Below, piece after piece: positions 50,297 through 60,314 of a DNA stretch of 60,314 nucleotides (its first letter is position 1; each line of letters begins with the position of its first letter). The stretch lies in assembly GCA_001938485.1 (NCBI GenBank), contig MQRK01253351.1, forward strand, positions 1 to 60,314. The letters are read 5' to 3'. The position numbers and the translations under genes are program-made. Source of the stretch: Girardia tigrina (Eukaryota). Below the pieces are notes generated by a model. It worked only from the letters and a program-made list of their open reading frames with translations, was not told the origin of the DNA and did no database searches.

Positions 50297-50723
50297 CAAA
50301 CATTTTAAAACATTTAGAACGACATTTTCTCCTGTTTCTTCCGACATTCAAATAACAAAAGAAATAAGCCTGGATCAAAATAATTTATTAAACGACAACT
50401 TTTGAATTTTTCACAAAATTTCTGTTTTTTTAAACAACTGTATTTATTTGAGGATATTTTTAGTATTTCTATTTTTAACCGTTTCTTATAAATATGGATA
50501 TAGATATTTAATAACATTAATAATTATTTAAATGTTGAGAATTAAAATATCTTATAAATTATACTTACAAATCTTTCAATTATCATAAGCTATATTTACA
50601 AGAGCATTTTTAATAATCATTCGTCTTCATTATTTATCGTTTTTCTTTCTCTATTTCAACACAATTTTACTTTTATTCAGCAACGAAAAATATTCAATAA
50701 ATAAAAATTGAGTTAATATTTAC

Positions 50724-51146
50724 TTGTTCTTCAATTAATTTAAGTTCTATTTGCTTCAGTTTTTCTTTTATTTTTTTATTTTCACATATTTTCAGATGAT
50801 CTTTTATATTTCGCAATTCATCTTTGAAATCACAATCATTCTGTGGACATTTTACAATTCTTCTAGATAATTTAATATTCATTGGTTGATCTAATAATAT
50901 ATTTGAATTAATATTCATTAATTCTATTTTGCAATCATTCGAATTTCCAGGACATTTCTTTTGTTCTCCATCCAAATATTTTGTAACACATTCTAAACAA
51001 TATCGACAGCCACAAGGACCACTATGAGCATTGATCAATAGTTTCTTACAAATAGTACATAACATATCGTTTTCGACTTTATCAACAAATTCCAAGTGAC
51101 CACTTTTCATAGTTCTCCAAACATCATTCCACTTCCGTTTGGGCAT
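50724..51146 (-). CDS. TRAF-family first exon (RING finger, TRAF zinc finger, start of coiled coil)
   Basis: FVDKVEND.LCTICK.LL...SGPCGCRYCLECV......CP ... VKCPQNDC.F..EL.....HL..C. Donor CAA|GTAAAT at 50723. Confidence 0.82.
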
Positions 51147-51901
51147 ACTGATTTATTATTTGCTTGAAAAAAAATATCTCAAATTAAATTATTGATTCCA
51201 AATATTTTAATTTAAAATAAAATGTTACACTGAAATGTAGAAATGTTAAGACAAGGAACAATGAGATTAATAAAGTAATTTAAGTAATAATAGATAAAAT
51301 AGTTACTCTTACGTTCATAAATAGTTTTTCAATAAAAAGATTTTAAAGTTTAAGCTTTCATCAAGAAATAGAACCTGGATTTTATTAATAAAATCATAAA
51401 AAAAGTTTAAAATAATTCTTATTTTAATTACTTGTTACAAATTGAAAAAGAAAATATATATTTAATTTTTTTTAAAAAAAATAAATAAAAAATAAAAGGG
51501 AGAAAGATTTTGTAAAAATAAAAATTATTTGTAATTGGTTTTTTTAAAAAAAGGAAAAGTTTAATTATTAAAATTGTAAAAAAATTGTTCGATTGTGGAA
51601 AAATCCAGTTAAAAACGTTAGTTGTTTTATTAATCAAAAAAATAAACAGTTTCGATTTATGTCTTTTGATTTGTTGTTGTTTTGATAACAATGCAAATGA
51701 TTGATTATAATTTGTTATTTCCGAATATGGATGACAAAAAAATAAATAGAATTCAATTTTGAAATGACTGATTATAAAAATTTTGGAAAAGTGAGTATTG
51801 GTCGGAGTATTGTCAGGAGTTGGGAAAACATCGATGTGTCAAATGTTCATCGGGAATCAAATTAATGATGTTTAATTAACAATCTCTGCCGCTTTGTTGA
51901 G

Positions 51902-52300
51902 ATGTTATCGAACGTTTTCGACCCGAATTTTTCATATAAATATCGATTTTTCAATCAGCTGAGTGTCAATCTCCAAATAACGGGAATTCATAACGATAAT
52001 TTTCAAGAAAACGTGACTGACCACAACGAGGACATTGTTGACTTGAATTACACCAAGGACATCGATTTCAATAAGAATTTCACAACGTTAACGTTCAAGT
52101 TAAACACGTTACGGTGCGACAAGATCATCACGCATTTTCTCCAGATGTCACGAGCAACATTCGATAAGTTGTATTTGAGCAGTAGAAAAAATGCATACGG
52201 GTCTCTGTTGAAAATGAATAGTGCGAAGGTGTCGGATGGAGAGTTGTTTGAATTATCGATGGATGAGAAAATAAAACGAATTCGAATTTGTCGAACAAAA
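51902..52300 (+). pseudogene. MTRES1/C6orf203-like S4-type RNA-binding domain fragment fused to unrelated sequence
   Basis: LNTLRCDKIITHFLQMSRATFDKLYLSSR...LLKMNSAKVSDGELFEL...IKRIRI fits an S4-like fold pattern. Preceded by an isolated P-loop-like scrap SGVGKTSM (~51795-51870). Confidence 0.5.
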
Positions 52301-52616
52301 ATGAGTGAATCTAATTACATTATCGCGAGTATGGAAAGCTCGGATGTACCGATTCAACCGGTGATTCTCGTCAAGTCTCAGCACGATATGTGTTCGCAAT
52401 TCACTGCCACAACACTGACCACATCGATCGATACAGTAGGCGGATCGTTCACCGTGAATTCCGATAAAAGCGAACCGATCGGCTGAGGAATAAAATCAAG
52501 GGCCCAGCACAAAAGATGCAACACCATTACTTGGTATTTAAAGAGAATAAAGAAATACTTAAATAACACCTCGGTGACGTGATCAATATGTAACAGACGT
52601 AATCACGTATTATTTC

Positions 52617-52794
52617 TGTGAGGAATATTTTAAATTTGGTATGTTGAAATTTGTATGTTGAGTTTAGTATTTGGCAATGTGTTTCTCCCACCCAGATGGA
52701 AAATTGATATTTTAGATGTTCACGATAAATAATTATTCGAGTATAATTTATATTTTAAAGTACAGCATAAGATATTTAAAAACATTAAAAATAT
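52617..52794 (+). mobile_element. LTR 5' part (same family) running into an assembly gap
   Basis: TGTGAGGAATATT...CTCCCACCCAGATGGA. A more decayed copy lies at ~55075-55290. Confidence 0.7.
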
Positions 52795-52891
52795 NNNNNN
52801 NNNNNNNNNNNNNNNNNNNNNNNNNNNNNNNNNNNNNNNNNNNNTAATTGTTTATTAACAAACATTAATAAAAAATTATCAATTTAGAACG

Positions 52892-53033
52892 ATGTCGAAT
52901 GACGAGAGTTTCGCTGAGAGTTGTCCAAAAGACAATTCTGATTGTAATGAGAATAAAAGTTTGCAAAGCCATGTTTGTGTTTTTAATAATTACCTAACGG
53001 AATTAATGAAAATTCGTCATTCCTTCAACAAAG
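52892..53033 (+). CDS. Possible short exon of an unknown gene
   Basis: 47 open codons from an ATG (MSNDESFAESCPKD...), GC-richer than its flanks, ending in a strong AAG|GTAAGC donor. No homology recognised. Confidence 0.25.
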
Positions 53034-55294
53034 GTAAGCGCTAATGCCAACTTTTTTATCGAATTTTTATATAGAAATACAAATGCATATTGAATTTTCA
53101 AAATACTGTTTGAATGTCACATTCTAGTTTTTTGTTTTCTATTGAAACAACTTTTTAATTGAAAAATCTATTCACCGAAAAATATTAAAAATGCGATATT
53201 TATTATTTGTAATATTCAAAAATGTTAATCGTTTTTGTCAAAAAAACTATTTTATGAAAATATTTTATGCAATATAATCAAGGTAAACTTGAAATGATTA
53301 AGTCATATGTATATGACACAACATTGAAAGACCTCCTGACATAAAAATAAAATCATTTAAGTAAAACATTTTAATTAGGATATGAATAAAATTAATACAG
53401 ATAAAATAAAAAAGCGATTTGTAAACCTGTTCAGAAAATAGGAAATTAGGAAATTTTAAAAATATTTTCGTTTGTTCAGAGATATTAAAACAAAGTGAGA
53501 CAAAATTATTTATATCGATAATATTAAAATATTCAGGGTACTAAAAATTATTTCAATTTTTGATCTTGCTTGTAATTCGTGATGAATTATTTTTTAAAAA
53601 AACAGAATTTAATGTTATCATTTGTTAAAGCAATACGAATAATTCAGAAACGATTTTGATATTTTAATATTATTTGATTATTTTTATTCAAATTTAAATT
53701 AAAACTGAAATTTTCAAATTTCGAAATACTGTTTCATTCAATTAAAAATTTGAAATACTGACAATTGCGGATGATGATTTCTTCAACGACTTTATTTTCA
53801 AAGAAATTGTTAGGACAACGGATGCGTTATTTTTAACCTCCCTTTCTTTTCTGATTGTTATTAAATTATTAAAACTTTCTATTGGGGTCGTGATGACAAT
53901 TCAAAGTCATAATATTTGGAAAACTTTATTATTATTACAATTTTCATTATTGAAATAAATTTATGAGGAACAATATTTCAATTACATAATCCAGATCTCA
54001 AAATTCTAAATATAAATAATAATATCGATAAATATACAAATATGTTATTTTATTCAATTTCGTATAAATCATATTTTGTTTTTGCTTTATTAATGTTTTA
54101 CAATGTTTATTAATTGAAATATAAATTTAGATTTTTAAAAATATTTTTAAAAATTCAATACTTAAATGTTTTTTTTGATTTTTAATCATTTGATGATAAA
54201 TTATTTTTTAATAAAAACCTTTTATTTGTTTTTAATAAAAATTGCATTTATTTTAAAATTAATTTTACTTTATATTGATTTTATACATTAAAAAAGTATT
54301 ATGATTTTATTTTAAATAGTGTTACAAAATATCTGAAAATCTTATTTACAATATTCTTTAACTTCGAAAATGATATTTTAATTGTTAATTTTTTAAAACT
54401 TCATTTTTATAAAAATTTGTCCCAATTTAATTAAAATATTATCATTACTCTAAAATTCTTAAAAACTTATTTCATTTTAATTAGTAATATACTATCTGTG
54501 AACTATAATTTTTACAAAAATTATTTCGATTTAATTAGTAGAAATGTTACTATAAAATATTTTTTTAAAAAATCTTATTTATTTTAATTTGTAAAAATAT
54601 TATCTATAACTTAAATTTTTTATATTAAAGAATTATTTCATTTTAATTAATCGACATTATTTTTACTTTATCTAAAATATAAATATGATTTTTTAAAAAT
54701 ATCAAAAATTTAAAGTTCACCAAAAGGAACCACAACACTTTCTATGGAAGCATCTTTTCTAAATATTTTCGCAACGGATGGACGCTCCTGACTAGATGTG
54801 GGCACGTTTTAAAATTTTGTAAACGTTTAAACGGTCTTCGTTTAGCGTAATAAACGTTTTAAAAGCGTTTAAACGATCTCTAACTTCATGGGAAAATATC
54901 GCGAGTAAGCTAAATTTCCTGCAAAGTTCGTTCATTTCGATAATTTTATGGATTATAAATTTATTCTATAAGATGCTTACAGGAAATTCTTAAAAAAACA
55001 ATTTTGTATGAACAGTTCATGGAAAAATAATGGTATTGTGAGAAATATTTTAAATTGTTTGAATGTGTAAATGTACTGATGCTGTATATTGATTTTAGTA
55101 TATTGAACTTAGAATGGTGATTCTCCACCCAAGATGGAAATTAGTAATTTTTTTTATTTAAACTGTTTAACTATTCGAACATAATTAAAATAATAATTTG
55201 ATAAGTTGATATTTTTAAAATTAACAATTTAAATTAAGTTTAATAGTTTTTAAAAAAAAGAAAAGCATTTAATTAGATTTAAATAAATTTTATT

Positions 55295-58040
55295 TTGATA
55301 TCGTGTCGATGTCAGGCCAACTTCAGTATTGTTCGATTGGTATTCGCCGCAAACAGCGAATTTACCGAGCTTGGGTATATTATGTAATCTGTTTTTTTAT
55401 AATTGCGACATTGCCGATCGATTTAACTCGTTTGCGGAAGCTTGACAACGAGCTGCCTTTGTTGAATCGTGCCCAGGAGTTCGGGCGAAATGCGTGAAAG
55501 CCGTCGTTCGTTTTCAGATGGGATTTTTCCACCGGAATGTGTTTTTGTCCAGAATTCCGAACGAGATGGTTTAGCGTCAAACGGCGGCTGTAGGGACAGT
55601 TATTATTATGTCAATAAGAGGTTCGTTGACTCAAGTACGGCACCTCATTCGAGTATCAGAACTATCACAAAATGGTGTCAGAAGTAGGACATATTTTTTT
55701 AATTACATTTCGGTGATCGAATCAGTTCTCGGTGTCATTGATATTTGTGGTGATGTCATTCCTCACCACATTCAGTAATATTGAACTCCAATGATGTCAA
55801 ATCTTATGACATAACTAGAGTTCAAATTCCGGTGATTTCATATGTCATGACATCACCGGAATGTGCAATTGCGAGGTCAATTTCAATTGCATGAACTGAC
55901 CCCGGGGCATATTATATAATATTGCCTTCATATAAAAGGGGGAGATTTCCAAATTTAAATGGTGATTGTACCCAATCTATATTTAATTTAAATATAATTT
56001 TATTAGCCGAATTTGTGTTCTTTACAATATTATTTTATGTAATTATGTTATATATGCTTTTTTATTTTCGATTTTTACCTCCACATCGATTTATTTTATT
56101 GTTATGGGGTGCGCAACCTTGCGCCACCGTTTTATGTACATACAGGGATCCAAGCACCAGGATGCCACAGCCCAACATCAACACCAAGTTCATAATTTCA
56201 TAATTTACTTCATGAAAATGGATATTCCAAATCAATAGTTGAAAAATTAACTCGGTAAACTGTCAATAAACTAAATAAATCGGAAAATGAAAAATCAAAT
56301 ACAATAAATATCGACAAAAACAAAAATCAGATAAATAATAATTATGATAATATTGGTTTTGTTTTGACTGTTCCCTACTCTGAGGGTTTCAGGAAATTCA
56401 AAAACTCTATTTTGAAACATGATGAAAATACTTTATTAAATTTAAAAATTGTATCTAGATCATGTGAGATAGGAAGTTTGTTTAGTAGTAAATCTATCAC
56501 TCCAATTGGGTTATGTTCAAAATTAGTTTACCAATATAAATGTAATGGGTGTGACGCCATATATATCGTAGAGACTTGTCGTCATCTCTGTAAACGGATT
56601 CAGGAACATAATCTCAGGGAAAGTGATAGCAATATTGCTCAACACAAGAAGAACTATTTGAATAGTAAAGTTTAATCTTGACAGATGATTCCTGGATAAG
56701 CTCTTCCACATTACCTTTGAACTTGGTATTCCGACACCACCAACCTGGAAGGAGACCCTTATCACATAGAGAACATCAGATCCCTTCACTTCTGATCGAT
56801 TGGACTCAATTCATGCCTAAATTAGCGATAGATGTCATCAATATTGCAGTGGGTATGGCATTGTGGTTAGTGTTCTGCTAGAGGAATTAAGGGACAAAAT
56901 GCATGAGATACTTAGACAAGAGGAGAAGTCTACGGCAAAGATCGAAATCATTACAACCCTCCGCTAGCTGAACAATCTTTAATCACCCATTAGATTGGAA
57001 AAAGCTGACCCAGATCTCAAAAACATATTAAAAGTATAATCAAATCACATGACCTGCAATTGTCTAATTACTAGATTGTAAACAGTCTATTCTCATCTGG
57101 GAAAGAAATCTCTGTGAATGCACCAAAATTCAAAACTGTAGTAAATAGCAACACATTAAAGACAACATCGGATACTGTAATGGTCAATATTGCTACAATC
57201 AATAGCAAAATCAAAGTCACAGAAACCAATTGCACAAAACCTGAGAAATCGCAAACGAATTTTAATAAGACTAGTTCATCAGTCACTATTTCACCGATTA
57301 TAAACAAGAATAATGATTGTAGTGACCACCAAATGTCAATATATATTAACTAAAAAATTAATTAACAGACTGTAAATAATAAAAAAACAATTACTTTTGA
57401 CAAATTTAAAAAGAAAATTTTCTTTAAAAGAAAATTTTTACATTTTACAAAATTCTTGATTTCTAAACTTTTTAAAAACTAAAAATTTCAAAGAAAAATA
57501 TATGTTTATGCAAAAGGAAAAGTGAAAAAAAGAAAACGACAGAATAATATTTTCAAAAAATTATGATTAAAGAAAAAAATATAGAACTAAAATTATATAT
57601 ACTTTGTTCTAATAAACAAAACAACAAAAAAGCAAAGAAGCAAAAGAAATATATTAGGGAACCACACTGAAACTACATACAACTGTCAATCAACGTCAAA
57701 ACTTGGAACAGCAAGAGTGTGGATGTACAAAAAATTGTTTATGTGAATAAACATTGACAACTAATCGAATTCGTGTTATTTATTTTCGTCATATTCAATT
57801 ATCGTCTACTAATGGTTTTTAGAACACGCGCGGGCGTGAGATCACATGTTTATATCGCGTCTCCCATTATTATCATTCTTTGAGTAATGCATTGACCGCA
57901 TGGATTACCATATCGGACGGTGAAGAACTCGGTAATCAAGAAGCGGGTGGAATCTCAGATCAGCTCGCAAACGGGAACAAAGTCCGGACGGCGGCTCTTC
58001 GTCATCCGTGTCACGGTGCTCGCGGGTGTGGTGGCGACCA
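55295..58040 (+). repeat. Composite segment copy 2, including the Penelope-like GIY-YIG fragment at ~56200-56675
   Basis: Colinear with 8560-10710. Has ~690 bp extra (55457-56146), lacks ~120 bp, and is cut on the right by the MULE. Confidence 0.92.
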
Positions 58041-60069
58041 TTTGAATTGGACGAATTGGTTATTAATTGGGAATTTTAGGAATAAAATGAAATAATTTGA
58101 AATGAATTAGGAATTTTAGTAATAAAATGAAATAATTTGTTATTAATTGGGAATTTTAGGAATAAAATGAAATAATTTGTTACTAATTAGGAATAAAAAA
58201 AATCTCACCGTAAAATTTTAATTGTGATTAATAAATGACTTGGACAATTATGCCAAGTCATTTTATTAATCTTGAGCAATTAAGCTCAAATAAAAAATAA
58301 TCAATGGAAAAATAAAGCCTAATTAATCAAATATAAAATTAATGAGGGCAATTAAGCACAATTGTTAAAATGTTTTTTTCTTGTTATTTAGATGAAATAA
58401 TTTTTTTTAATTTTGTTAAAATTTATGGGAAAAAATATTTGTTTCTATAATTAAAATTCTTTTTGATTTACAATTTAAAATAAGTTAGTATTTTTTGTTT
58501 AATTTTAATATTTTTTTTAATAATTCTAATTTTTATTAATAATATTATTAATTACTAATATTACTAATATTATTACAGTATTATGCTTTTTTTTTAAATT
58601 TCATGTTATATTTATTGTTAGATTAAATATTATTTGATTACATTATTTGTTTTTGTTAGAAATGCCTCTAGAATACATATTAAGCCAGAAAGGAAATCGC
58701 CAATTGGTATTTAATGGATTCATTTACACTCGTGAACGAGTGATGGACGAGAAAATATTTTGGAAATGTGTTGAATACAACACGAGAAGGTGCAAAGGAC
58801 GATGCCATACTATTGACGGAGAAGTTGTTTGCGAAAGTGAACACAATCATGTAAAAAGAGGAGCATTCATCGAAGTGAAAAAGGCAATCGATGATATTAA
58901 AGAAATTTCCTCTGAAAGAATGGAAACACCTCAACAAATCCTTGCCAGCTGAACCTTATCTCTATCTCTAAGTGCCACAGCCTCTTTTCCTCCTCTTCAG
59001 AGCGTGAAAAGAACAATTCAACGCGTTCGTAAAGGTAGTCAAAATCCTCTTCAATCCCCACTCTCTCTTACTGATTTGGTGATTCCTCACTCTTTCACAC
59101 AAACGATAAATAACGATCTTTTTCTATTACATGATAGCGGGCCCTCTCCTCATAGAATCTTGATTTTTGGAACTCGAAGAAACATGGATTATTTAAAGGT
59201 CTCCACACATTGGTTTGCGGAATGTACTTTTTCTTTTTCTCTCAACTTTATTCAATCCATGCCATCCGATTTAACAGAATCTTTCCCTTTGTCTTTGCTC
59301 TTCTTCCAAACAAAACTCAGAACAATTATTTCTCGCTCTTTTCCACACTCAAGGCTATCGAACCCTCCCTTAATCCATCATCTATTATGACAGATTTCGA
59401 AAGAGCATTTATCAATGCTTTTCGTTATGTTTTCCCAGAATCATCTAATCGTGGATGTTTCTTTCATTTTTCTCAATGTTTTTGGAGAAAAATACAAGAA
59501 TTCCCTGCCATAAGATCACAATATGAAAATTCGTCAAACCCCGACTTTGCCCTTCTTCTACGTCAACTCCCCGCTCTCTCTTTCGTCCCACCTCTTGATG
59601 TGATACAAGGTTTTGAGATGCTTCTCGACACGGAATTCTTTTGCGAAAATCAGGAAACACTGCAGCCTCTCTTGGATTATTTTGAGGACACCTGGATAGG
59701 GAGGCCTAATAGGAATGGAGCGAGACGTGACCCAATAATATCGATTGATATTTGAAATAGCTATTATGTGGCGCTCGATGGCATCCCTAAAACAAATAAT
59801 CAAATTGAGGGGTGATACAAATCTTTTCCTCTCTCTTAAGCTCACACTATCCAAACATTTGGAAATTCATTGAGAATTTGAAGAAAGGGCAGAATTTAAA
59901 TGAAATAAAGCTTGAACAAGCAATTTCAGGTATGGAAGCGAGACAGGGAAGGAAAAATTATAAGAATGCCGCCAGTAGATTATTCAAAATTGTGCAAGGC
60001 TATGGAGAGAAAAATATGGTGGATTATTTAAGAGGTATAGCACACTGTTTTTATTTACAATCTGTGTAA
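58040..60069 (+). mobile_element. Decayed Mutator-like transposon with FLYWCH-MULE transposase
   Basis: ATG at 58662. FLYWCH QLVFNGFIY......IFWKC......CKGRC........EHNH. MULE domain QLYSIH, IMTDFERAFINAF, GCFFHFSQCFWRK, YFEDTWIG, KTNN.IEG*, HYPNIWKFI. Subterminal tandem repeats at 58045-58200. Contains stops and frameshifts. Confidence 0.92.
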
Positions 60070-60314
60070 TATGATTATGTTATTGTAATAAAAATTTCTT
60101 ATAGTCTTTAGTGTTTTCAAAAAATTTCATATTTATTAATATTTTTTAATTAACATTATTTCGTAAAAATAATTGAAAAAATGGAATAATTTTGATGGGT
60201 ATTCGAAATAATTTTTTTGTTAATAACTTTAAACAAGCTTTCAAATATGAATGTCTGACTCCTTTTCAGGTGGTTCTTCCAACTTTGTAATTAATATATT
60301 AATTTGATATTCCC

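Overview
Very AT-rich eukaryotic (metazoan) genomic DNA with two 50-N gaps (48650-48699, 52795-52844). The NeSL/R5-like retroelements and TRAF genes are reminiscent of flatworms, but the taxon cannot be fixed from this window. Most of the window is decayed and nested mobile DNA: an RTE LINE, Penelope-like GIY-YIG fragments, Gypsy pieces and solo LTRs, hAT, piggyBac, a pogo/IS630 chimera and a FLYWCH-MULE. From 10.4 to 23.5 kb lies a same-strand cluster of five pieces of an RLE-type (NeSL/R5-like) non-LTR retrotransposon. Plausibly real host exons are few and all on the minus strand: DNAJA3/Tid1 exon 1, a TRAF RING exon and a TRAF MATH exon. Between them are broken fragments of unrelated housekeeping genes (KLC, NDUFS4, HDHD5, SSRP1, MYO18, EDEM3-like, MTRES1-like), some apparently joined at microhomologies. 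Most notable: (1) a ~480-bp antisense 28S rDNA piece spanning the R2/R5 target region, embedded inside the endonuclease C-terminus of one retroelement; (2) a tandem family of unrecognised ~110-aa ORFs with mostly synonymous divergence right behind the cluster; (3) a 27-bp repeat array that reads as the U1 snRNA 5' end on one strand and as 5' splice sites on the other; (4) an in-frame pogo-HTH/IS630-DDE fusion; (5) a strong plus-strand bias of the TE fragments. All family assignments come from motif recognition by eye; no searches were run.
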